DNA of 11,440 nucleotides from positions 1 through 11,440 of the forward strand of contig JAWOBU010000095.1 in the NCBI GenBank assembly GCA_046484135.1, written 5' to 3'. Below, piece by piece: positions 1 to 6,626 of the stretch. This DNA comes from a bacterium. Lineage in GTDB: Bacteria > RBG-13-61-14 > DATKZS01. The notes below the pieces were generated by a model. That model was not told where the DNA came from, did not search any database, and worked only from the letters and a program-made list of their open reading frames with translations. The stretch's first letter is position 1; each line of letters begins with the position of its first letter. The translations under genes and the position numbers were made by a program.

Positions 1-704
1 AGAGCGCGCTCGCCGTTTCTATTTTTGCGGCGGTATTTTTATTTCTAACGGTGGAAGCGCACGGGCAGGGGGCGAACGAGCCGGAGCTCAAGTCTCGTTT
101 TGAAGCCTGGTACAACACGCAGTCGTGGAACGGGGGCGCCTCTTACTCGGGCGTTTTTTTCGACCAGTCAATTTACGAAGACGCTTTTGACAAGGATTAC
201 CTTCCCATGGTCCGTTTTTACTCGGCTTGGCAGCCTTTGTCGAACCTTTCGCTGGAGCTTTCGCTGGGCGGTCTTTACGAGTACGGTCGGTCCAAAGGGA
301 TAAGCACGGGCGATTTATCAGAAGAGGAGTACCAGTTTTACGTATTCCCAGTCCAGGGCCGGGTCCGTTACAGTTTTATGTTTGACCGGGACCAGCCGGT
401 TGTTCCTTCGGTGTGGGGCGGGGGCGACTGGTGGTACTTTTTCGAGAAGAACGGTGACGTAGTGGAGGGCGACAAGAGCGGCTACCACTATGGCGCGGAC
501 ATAGGCATTCTTCTTGATCGGGCCGACCCCGCTTCTGCTGATACGCTGAAGAAAGAGTGGAACATTGACAACACCTACCTGTGCCTGGGTTACGAGCACA
601 TGGAGGTGGGCGAGAGCGAAGACGGTCTGCGGTTTTCAGGAGAAGTGTACACGGTAGGCCTTCGGTTCGAGACCTACAACCGGCCGGCAGTTTCTCTTTA
701 TTGA
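1..704 (+). CDS. Outer-membrane beta-barrel protein, 5'-truncated by the window (resembles the MXAN_2562 family)
   Basis: The frame stays open upstream of the GTG at 51 and reads SALAVSIFAAVFLFLTVEAHG from position 3, a signal-peptide h/c region, so the true start is left of the window. The body has alternating aromatic/hydrophobic beta-strands (LSLELSLGGLY, FPVQGRVRYSF, GYHYGADIGILLD, TYLCLGYEH, YTVGLRFE). The segment LLDxxDPxxAxxLxxExxIxNTYL matches my recollection of MXAN_2562-family barrels; this was not searched. Stop TGA at 702-704. Confidence 0.7.
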   Translation, partial: SALAVSIFAAVFLFLTVEAHGQGANEPELKSRFEAWYNTQSWNGGASYSGVFFDQSIYEDAFDKDYLPMVRFYSAWQPLSNLSLELSLGGLYEYGRSKGISTGDLSEEEYQFYVFPVQGRVRYSFMFDRDQPVVPSVWGGGDWWYFFEKNGDVVEGDKSGYHYGADIGILLDRADPASADTLKKEWNIDNTYLCLGYEHMEVGESEDGLRFSGEVYTVGLRFETYNRPAVSLY

Positions 705-1459
705 TGACCGAGCGAACCATAAAGCTGGTTTTGGAGTACGACGGGACATGCTTCGCCGGCTGGCAGGTGCAGCCCGGCTTTCGCACGGTGCAGTCGGAGC
801 TGGAGGGGGCGCTGTCTACGCTTTGCCGGGAAAAGGTCAGCACGGTGGCCGCGGGCCGGACGGACGCGGGCGTTCACGCGCTCGGGCAGGTAGCGGGTTT
901 CCGGACCCGAAGCGATCATCCTTGCCGTGTTTTTGTAAAGGGTTTGAACGCGCTTTTGCCTGAGGACGTTGTAGTCAAATCCGCAACTGAGGTAGGCCCT
1001 GATTTTCACGCGCGGCGGAGCGCTCGCGGCAAGTGGTATCGCTACCTGGTTCGGGACGGGGGAGTGAGGAGCGCTCTGAGTAAAGACCGTGCCTGGGAGG
1101 TCCCCTGGAAGCTCGAGGTCAGCTTTATGCTGGATGCTTCTCGCGGTTTTATCGGGACTCATGATTTCAGCAGCTTTCGTTCTTCGAGTTGCGAGGCCAA
1201 GAGCCCGGTTCGGGAGATGCGCCGTATCGAGATATGGCGTGACTCGGAGGGGATAGTGGTTTTTCAGCTCTGGGCTCAGGCTTTTCTCAAGCAGATGGCG
1301 CGTGCTATTGTAGGGACGCTTGTTGAAGTGGGGAGGGGCAAGATGGAGTCCTCCAGAGTGGAAGAGATACTGGAGGAGAGAGACCGGACCGTGGCGGGCC
1401 CTACAGCTCCGGCTCGGGGCTTGTACCTTTTAAAAGTGGACTATTGGGAGGAGACATGA
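704..1459 (+). CDS. truA: tRNA pseudouridine(38-40) synthase TruA
   Basis: Motifs LEYDGTxFAGWQVQ, TVQ, AGRTDAGVHA (catalytic Asp), FHAR, GTHDFSSF, FLKQMAR and AGPTAPARGLYL. The ATG at 704 overlaps the upstream stop (TGATG) and gives 251 aa. Confidence 0.97.
   Translation: MTERTIKLVLEYDGTCFAGWQVQPGFRTVQSELEGALSTLCREKVSTVAAGRTDAGVHALGQVAGFRTRSDHPCRVFVKGLNALLPEDVVVKSATEVGPDFHARRSARGKWYRYLVRDGGVRSALSKDRAWEVPWKLEVSFMLDASRGFIGTHDFSSFRSSSCEAKSPVREMRRIEIWRDSEGIVVFQLWAQAFLKQMARAIVGTLVEVGRGKMESSRVEEILEERDRTVAGPTAPARGLYLLKVDYWEET
1447..1453 (+). promoter_or_regulatory. Shine-Dalgarno-like sequence for the lipoprotein gene
   Basis: GGAGGAG lies just upstream of ATG 1456, inside the last codons of truA. 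Confidence 0.7.
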
Positions 1460-2010
1460 AGGCGAGACTGGCTCTGGCAACGGTTTATATGTTGTTGGGT
1501 TCCTTTTTGCTGTGCGGCTGCGACGACATTAACGAGCCCATGCAGAACCCGGTGTTGAAACCTCAGAAGGGCGGCGAGCAAGCAAAGGAGGAGGAGAAGA
1601 TCACGCTTCTCAAGATGAAGCAGTACTTCAACTTTGTTGTAAACGTCCGTCAGGAGCTCCGCAATTACGCCAACCAGGTAAATCTGGCCAAGGAACAGGG
1701 AAGAGCGGCGTATACCCGCAAGCTGAACCGGTTCGAGATCAAGCAGGACCAATGGGTAAGGAAGCTCAAGGTCAGGCAGGAGATGCTCGAGAACGCGTCA
1801 AAACCCGACGATCCCGATCACCCCGCTTATGGGCTTATCCAGGCCATGCGCCTTTTAAAACGGGAAGGAAACCTCTACTACCACAGCTTCAAGTACGGCG
1901 GGTCTTTCGACCCCTCGGTGGACAAGAAGCTCCTTGACGCCCTGGACCAAGTCAGGCACCAGCTTCAAAAGCTGGAGGAGGAGGAAAAGGGGAAAAAGAA
2001 GAAAGAATAG
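1456..2010 (+). CDS. Putative lipoprotein of unknown function (184 aa, predicted alpha-helical)
   Basis: MKAR n-region, hydrophobic h-region and lipobox LCG-C(22), followed by DD. ATGA overlap with the truA stop, plus an SD. The body is charged and helical-looking with an EEEEKGKKKKE tail. Confidence 0.8.
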   Translation: MKARLALATVYMLLGSFLLCGCDDINEPMQNPVLKPQKGGEQAKEEEKITLLKMKQYFNFVVNVRQELRNYANQVNLAKEQGRAAYTRKLNRFEIKQDQWVRKLKVRQEMLENASKPDDPDHPAYGLIQAMRLLKREGNLYYHSFKYGGSFDPSVDKKLLDALDQVRHQLQKLEEEEKGKKKKE

Positions 2011-2037
2011 CACTCTTGTCCAAAACAGAATTTTATT

Positions 2038-2063
2038 TCACGCAAAGGCACGAAGGCGCAAAG
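2038..2063 (+). repeat. Left arm of the 26-bp inverted repeat, built from three 8-bp RCRCRAAG units
   Basis: TC-ACGCAAAG-GCACGAAG-GCGCAAAG. Confidence 0.85.
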
Positions 2064-2218
2064 TAAAAAACACAACAAGATTAAGCCATTCTGACCTTTT
2101 ATAGTAACAACCCTCCGGCAAAACTTTTCAGGGAACCTGAAAGTCATAATGCACCTTTTGGTACGTATCAATACCGAGGTTTTACCATTTGATTCAAAAT
2201 CAAGAACAATTCCAAATC

Positions 2219-2244
2219 CTTCGCGTCTTTGCGCCTTTGCGTGA
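2219..2244 (-). repeat. Right arm of the 26-bp inverted repeat
   Basis: The reverse complement reads TC-ACGCAAAG-GCGCAAAG-ACGCGAAG. All 4 differences from the left arm are A/G transitions. Confidence 0.85.
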
Positions 2245-2351
2245 TATGATTCTCAGCCTTCCCTCCATGTTTTGGACAGCAATGAAAGAACAGCTTCTCT
2301 TGCCTTGGCCTTGTTCAAACTCTCCGTTCTTGGAGTCGAGCGCGTTGTTCT

Positions 2352-3488
2352 TCAGTAGCACGAGTACATGGTGAGCGTGTTGTCCCTGGTCTTCACCGCC
2401 ACTTGCCGGTTGTTCTCAGTGGGGAGCGCTGTCCTGATATCGCTTTTAACCGTTTTTTCCCACGCCTTTTCCATGTTGTCGAGGTCCACCAGCATCATGA
2501 CGGAGGACAGCCTGGATTTCTTTCCCATGATATAAAGGCTTCGGTTGTCGCGGGCCAGGTTTATGGACCAGGGCTTTTGGATGCCGGTTTCAAAAAGGGG
2601 CGGCAGTGAGTCGGGCCCGTTTTCCAGAAGCTCGCGGGTGCGGTAGACCACGAGGTTTTCCTCTTCATTTACATAGGCGGTGTAGGTCCCGTCCGGGGAG
2701 ACGCATCCCCCGGTGCCGGCCAGCTCTTGTTTTTTAAGCGCCTTCCTGGCGTTCAGGAACATCCGGTTTCTGCTTTTTGCGGAGGCGTAATGCCTGGCCA
2801 GGACGAACTCGGCGTTGTCGGACACGGACAGTATCTGGGTGGCCTTGTCGAACTCCCAGACCTTTTTGCCTTTTATGGTGTAAAGGCGTCCTCCCTGTCC
2901 GTCGAACACGAACTTCTCGAGCGGGTCGAACTCGAGGTACCAGAACTGGATCTGCTTTTTCCAAAGCCGGTTCAGGTTCCGGTCGTAAGCTCGGACCCCG
3001 AGGTGCATCATCTCGCCGGTAAGGATGTAGTTGCCGGCCGGGCTCAGAAGCGCCTTCACGTAGTTGCGGGGATTGGGCTTTTCCCACATCCGCTCGCCTT
3101 TGTTGTTGTAAAGACGCATGGTAAGGTCCATGGACTCGGTACGTTTTTTGGGTTTGTCATCGGTCTGGAAAAAGATCGCCTTGCCGTCATTACTGATGTG
3201 CAGGTCCTGGACGTGTTCCCAGCCTCGCGCGGTCCATTCCGGACTCGCACTGTCGCGGAAGAAGTAGACCTTCTTGTGGGTGGCCGCCACCACCTCGCCG
3301 GTTTTGCGGGCCAGGTCTACTCCTTCAATTTCCGCGGGGAACAGCTTGGCCCATTCACTCTTGGGGTAGACAAGCGACTTGCCTTTGCCGGAGATGGCCG
3401 GCTTCTCATCGCCATGGACGGCAAAAAAGCCCAAGAGCAGAACAACGGCGGCAATGATAAGCAAAGCTGAAAGATGATAACGTCGCAT
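2352..3488 (-). CDS. Exported or membrane-anchored beta-propeller (WD40/PQQ-like) protein, 378 aa
   Basis: ATG at 3488 with AGGAGG at 3495-3500. The N-terminus MRRYHLSALLIIAAVVLLLGFFAVHG is a signal peptide or anchor. Recurrent blade motifs (ISNDGK, LSPAGN, VSDNAE, VSPDGT, LARDNR) and periodic Trp (PEW, RMW, RLW, KVW, KAW) occur at roughly 40-aa intervals. Confidence 0.8.
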   Translation of the reverse strand: MRRYHLSALLIIAAVVLLLGFFAVHGDEKPAISGKGKSLVYPKSEWAKLFPAEIEGVDLARKTGEVVAATHKKVYFFRDSASPEWTARGWEHVQDLHISNDGKAIFFQTDDKPKKRTESMDLTMRLYNNKGERMWEKPNPRNYVKALLSPAGNYILTGEMMHLGVRAYDRNLNRLWKKQIQFWYLEFDPLEKFVFDGQGGRLYTIKGKKVWEFDKATQILSVSDNAEFVLARHYASAKSRNRMFLNARKALKKQELAGTGGCVSPDGTYTAYVNEEENLVVYRTRELLENGPDSLPPLFETGIQKPWSINLARDNRSLYIMGKKSRLSSVMMLVDLDNMEKAWEKTVKSDIRTALPTENNRQVAVKTRDNTLTMYSCY

Positions 3489-3494
3489 GTTAGA

Positions 3495-3500
3495 CCTCCT
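3495..3500 (-). promoter_or_regulatory. Shine-Dalgarno sequence for the beta-propeller gene
   Basis: AGGAGG lies 6 nt upstream of ATG 3488. Confidence 0.8.
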
Positions 3501-3529
3501 TCCGGGCGCCTTGTTGCAAGGTTTTTCTC

Positions 3530-5014
3530 TCATTCGCCCAGGTAAGCTTCCACCAGGCCCATGGATATGACGGGAACGTAGGTTATCAAAAGCACCACGG
3601 CAAACATGGCCACGTAAAAAGGCCACACCGCCTTGGCCACCCTTTCCATCTTGGTGTCGCCCACTGCGCAGCCCACGAAGAGAGCCGACCCCACCGGGGG
3701 CGTGCACAGCCCGAGTCCGAGGTTTGCTATCATGATGATGCCGAAGTGGACCGGGTCCACCCCTATCTTCTGGGCCACCGGCAGGAGGATGGGTGTTACG
3801 ATGATGATAAGTGGTGCCATGTCCATGATGGTCCCGAGCGCGAGCAGCATGAGGTTTATGAGAAGAAGCAACAGGTACTTGTTTTCGGTGATGGCCAGCA
3901 GTGTCTCGGTGATCTCCTGGGGCACGTGCAGCCTGGTCAGGCAGTATCCGAAGGCGTAGGCGTTTCCGATAAGCCACATGACCATGACAATGACGCGCAT
4001 TCCCTGGAGCGCGACCTTGGGGTACTCCTTGATGGAGGTGTCCTTGTACAGGAAAGCGAAGATAAGGAAGTTGACCAGTATTGCCCACACCACCGCTATC
4101 ACGCTGGACTCGATGGCGGTGAACCAGCCGAACACCACTCCGCCCACGATTATGAAAGGACTGAAAAGCGGCAGCACCGCGTCTATGACAATGCGACCCA
4201 CGTTCTTGACCTCGGAGGCGCCCCGGCGCTGGTAGATGCGCAGTGCCCAGAAGCCGACCAGGAACAGCGGGCCCAGTGTCCAGGCCAGGAGCGCGCCGGT
4301 GCCACCGGCGTTGTTCCACTTAGAAAAGAAGTACAGTATGGCGGCCACCGCGGCAAAGGAGAACAGGAACTCGATGGCCGCGGTGGACAGGGGCAGGTCC
4401 GACTCGCGCGGATACTTCCTTTTCGCGGCAATGATTACGGCCACCACTATGAGGGCAAGCCCCAGCATGACGCCCGGGAGGATGCCGGCCACGAACAGGG
4501 CCTCGATGCTGGCGGCGCCGCCTGCGGCCAGTGAGTAGATGATGGCGTTGTGGCTGGGCGGGATGAGCAGTCCCTGGGTGGAGCCGGTGACGGTAACGCT
4601 GGTGGCGTAGTCCCGGTCGTTTCCTTTTTCCACCATGGAGGGGATAAGGGTCGAGCCCACCGCAGAGGTTGCAGCAACCGCCGAGCCTGAGATAGCGCCG
4701 AAGAACATGGACGAGAGCACGTTCACCACCGCCAGTCCGCCGGGGAACCAACCCACCACCAGAGTGGCCATGTCCACCATCTTGCGGGCCATGCCCCCCT
4801 GGCTCATGATGGCCCCCGCAAAGATAAAGAAGGGAATGGCCAGCAGCGAGTCCTGGTCCATGCCCCAGAAGATGAGCGGCGCGTTGACCACCGGGTCCAC
4901 GCCGATTATGGCCAGGGTAATAAGAGACGAGATGCCCAGGGCAAAGGAGATGGGGACACGCAGTCCCACCATGAGGATGAAAGAGCCGATCAAAAGATAT
5001 GCTTCAGCTTGCAT
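3530..5014 (-). CDS. dctM: TRAP transporter large permease (DctM family), with an internal insertion
   Basis: Motifs VPISFALG, LLAIPFFIFAG, GGLAVVNV, FGAISGSAVA, LIPPS, LFVAGILPG, FTAIES, GVDPVHFG and GLCTPPVG. 494 aa, polytopic. Overlaps the dctQ end by 11 nt. Confidence 0.95.
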   Translation of the reverse strand: MQAEAYLLIGSFILMVGLRVPISFALGISSLITLAIIGVDPVVNAPLIFWGMDQDSLLAIPFFIFAGAIMSQGGMARKMVDMATLVVGWFPGGLAVVNVLSSMFFGAISGSAVAATSAVGSTLIPSMVEKGNDRDYATSVTVTGSTQGLLIPPSHNAIIYSLAAGGAASIEALFVAGILPGVMLGLALIVVAVIIAAKRKYPRESDLPLSTAAIEFLFSFAAVAAILYFFSKWNNAGGTGALLAWTLGPLFLVGFWALRIYQRRGASEVKNVGRIVIDAVLPLFSPFIIVGGVVFGWFTAIESSVIAVVWAILVNFLIFAFLYKDTSIKEYPKVALQGMRVIVMVMWLIGNAYAFGYCLTRLHVPQEITETLLAITENKYLLLLLINLMLLALGTIMDMAPLIIIVTPILLPVAQKIGVDPVHFGIIMIANLGLGLCTPPVGSALFVGCAVGDTKMERVAKAVWPFYVAMFAVVLLITYVPVISMGLVEAYLGE

Positions 5015-5507
5015 CGGCTTCTTCCCCCTTCTGTATCCTCGCGGTCACGTCTTCCATGAGGTGCTCGAAAGCTGCCAGGATAAGAAGAAGCCCGGTTACC
5101 GCCAGGGGAAGATAGGAAACACCCACCGGCAGGTTGGTCCCCGGCCGGGCCTGGCCCATGAGCTCTATGACCACCACTATCCCGCCGTAAAGCAGAAACC
5201 CGGAGAACACCAGGATAAGCACGTCCACCATGATGAGCACGTAGCCGCGGGCGCGTGGAAGGAACCTGTCCACCAAAAACTCGAGGGTGATGTGGCCCCG
5301 TTCGCGGTGGAGCACAGCGGAGCCCAGGCATCCCATCCACACCATGGACAGAAGCACGACTTCCTTGGCCCAGGCGGGAGTAAAGTCGGTAAAGGTCCGC
5401 ATGGTTATTTCAAAGCTGTAAAAGACGACCATGACCGTGAGCAGGATAACGGTGATCCAGCTCGTCACCAGGAATACGGGGTTCAGGAGGCGAGAGTATT
5501 TTTCCAT
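5004..5507 (-). CDS. dctQ: TRAP transporter small permease (DctQ family)
   Basis: 167 aa with 4 predicted TM segments. Motifs R...WAKEV, VWMGCLG and RERGHI. AAGGGGG SD upstream. Lies directly 5' of dctM. Confidence 0.93.
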   Translation of the reverse strand: MEKYSRLLNPVFLVTSWITVILLTVMVVFYSFEITMRTFTDFTPAWAKEVVLLSMVWMGCLGSAVLHRERGHITLEFLVDRFLPRARGYVLIMVDVLILVFSGFLLYGGIVVVIELMGQARPGTNLPVGVSYLPLAVTGLLLILAAFEHLMEDVTARIQKGEEADAS

Positions 5508-5518
5508 GATTTCCCCCT

Positions 5519-6484
5519 TTACAGCGGCACCGGCACCTCGTCCAGTATCTCCTCCAATACCTCGAGGGCGGCGCCTCGCCTTTCCTCCAGGGTGGCCTGA
5601 CCGCCCACCAGCAGGCGGTGCGAGAGCACCGGCCTTACCATGTACTTCACGTCGTCGGGCAGGCAGTAGTCCCTGCCCGCAAGCAATGCCCTTGACTTTG
5701 CCGCCCGCATGAGGGCGATGGACCCGCGGGGGCTGGTGCCCAGCCGAAGGCGGCGGTGGTTCCGGCTTTTTCCCACGATGGAGATAAGGTAATCCACGAG
5801 CTCGGTCTCCATCCTAACCTCATCCGTCCGCGACTGCCAGCGTTCCACTTCCTGGCGGGACATCACCGGCTTAAAGCCGCCATCAAACGGGTTGGCCCCT
5901 GTCCCTTCCAGTATCCGCTTCTCGTCGGAACCGGAGGGGTACCCCATGGAGATGCTCATCATGAAGCGGTCGAGCTGACTGTCCGGCAGTGGATAGGTCC
6001 CGTAGTGCTCGAGCGGGTTCTGGGTGGCTATTACCATGAAAGGGGACGGCAGGGGTCGTGTCTCTCCTTCGATGGTAACCTGGTTCTCGTTCATGGCTTC
6101 GAGGAGCGCGCTCTGGGTGCGGGGGGTGGTCCGGTTGATCTCGTCCGCCAGTACGATGGAGTTGAAGATGGGCCCTTCCATGAACTCGAACTCTCCGCTG
6201 GCCGGCTCGTACACCTTGGTTCCCAGGATGTCGGAAGGCAACAGGTCGGAGGTGAACTGGACGCGCCGGAAAGAGCAGTCAATGCTTCTTGCCAGGGCAT
6301 GGGCCAGGGTGGTCTTTCCTACGCCGGGTATGTCCTCGATCAGAACGTGGCCGCGCGCAAAAAGCGCGGTGAGTATCAATGATATGACCTCGTCCTTGCC
6401 GATGATGACCCGGCCGACGGTCGCGGCCAAATCCTTGAGGCGCTCTGCCTCTGCGTTTTGCGCTTTCTCCGACAACTCTACCAT
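5519..6484 (-). CDS. moxR: MoxR-family AAA+ ATPase
   Basis: Walker A EDIPGVGKT, RVQFTSDLLPSDILG, Walker B IVLADEINR, TQSALLEAM, ATQNP, GTYPLPDSQLDRF and SPRG. AAGGA abuts ATG 6484, so the in-frame TTG at 6475 is an alternative start. Confidence 0.95.
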   Translation of the reverse strand: MVELSEKAQNAEAERLKDLAATVGRVIIGKDEVISLILTALFARGHVLIEDIPGVGKTTLAHALARSIDCSFRRVQFTSDLLPSDILGTKVYEPASGEFEFMEGPIFNSIVLADEINRTTPRTQSALLEAMNENQVTIEGETRPLPSPFMVIATQNPLEHYGTYPLPDSQLDRFMMSISMGYPSGSDEKRILEGTGANPFDGGFKPVMSRQEVERWQSRTDEVRMETELVDYLISIVGKSRNHRRLRLGTSPRGSIALMRAAKSRALLAGRDYCLPDDVKYMVRPVLSHRLLVGGQATLEERRGAALEVLEEILDEVPVPL

Positions 6485-6569
6485 TCCTTTTTGTGAAGAT
6501 TTATTTACTATCTGTCCGGGCCTCAGACTACCACAAGAAAAAGCACAAGATAAAAATCATAGCCGTCGA

Positions 6570-6592
6570 GTGCGAGCGACTTCAGTCGCGGC
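6570..6592. repeat. REP-like palindrome
   Basis: GTGCGA-GCGAC-TTCA-GTCGC-GGC: a GC-rich stem at 6576-6580 / 6585-6589 in the gap between the acyltransferase and moxR. Confidence 0.45.
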
Positions 6593-6626
6593 TTCTTTAA
6601 GCCCGCTTCACTTATAAGTCGGTTCG

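Larger units (their letters stand above)
2017..2278. mobile_element. MITE/REPIN-like non-coding element bounded by nested inverted repeats
   Basis: Perfect 11-bp outer IR TGTCCAAAACA (2017-2027) / TGTTTTGGACA (2268-2278). Inner 26-bp IR at 2038-2063 / 2219-2244 with 22/26 identity. The core 2064-2218 is about 35% GC by hand count. No transposase and no clear target-site duplication are visible. Confidence 0.55.

Noticed and set aside
51..53. GTG at 51 as start of the barrel gene
   Set aside because: The frame is open to the window edge and encodes a signal-peptide h-region upstream, so the real start is outside the window.
581..703. 41-aa N-terminal extension of TruA in the ORF track
   Set aside because: It overlaps the barrel gene. 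TruA homology begins at MTERTIKL (704), which is coupled to the upstream stop.
2189..2203. FNR-like box TTGAT-N-ATCAA
   Set aside because: The spacer is 5 nt rather than 4, and the site lies between two gene 3' ends with no start to regulate.
2038..2244. Possible minimal CRISPR array or integron attC site
   Set aside because: The repeats are inverted, there are only two, and there are no cas or integrase genes. I could not identify properly placed RYYYAAC/GTTRRRY ends.
2288..2352. Weak hairpins after the beta-propeller stop as an intrinsic terminator
   Set aside because: The stems are short (for example CTCC/GGAG) and have no adjacent U-tract in the required orientation.
1965..2374. Small ORFs 1965-2171 (-) and 2189-2374 (+), with peptides such as LCAFVPLRE and LRVFAPLRD
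   Set aside because: These peptides are translations of the inverted-repeat arms. The ORFs have TTG starts, no convincing SD, and overlap the ends of real genes.
3509..3526. Hairpin CCTTG-TTG-CAAGG followed by TTTTT
   Set aside because: The stem is only 5 bp and the T-tract is on the strand opposite the operon, too weak to call a terminator.
3489..4319. 277-aa N-terminal extension making the 655-aa ORF, or a DctM-propeller frameshift fusion
   Set aside because: It is an Arg/His/Gly-rich off-frame reading of dctM. dctM is complete with its own stop, and the propeller has its own SD, ATG and signal peptide.
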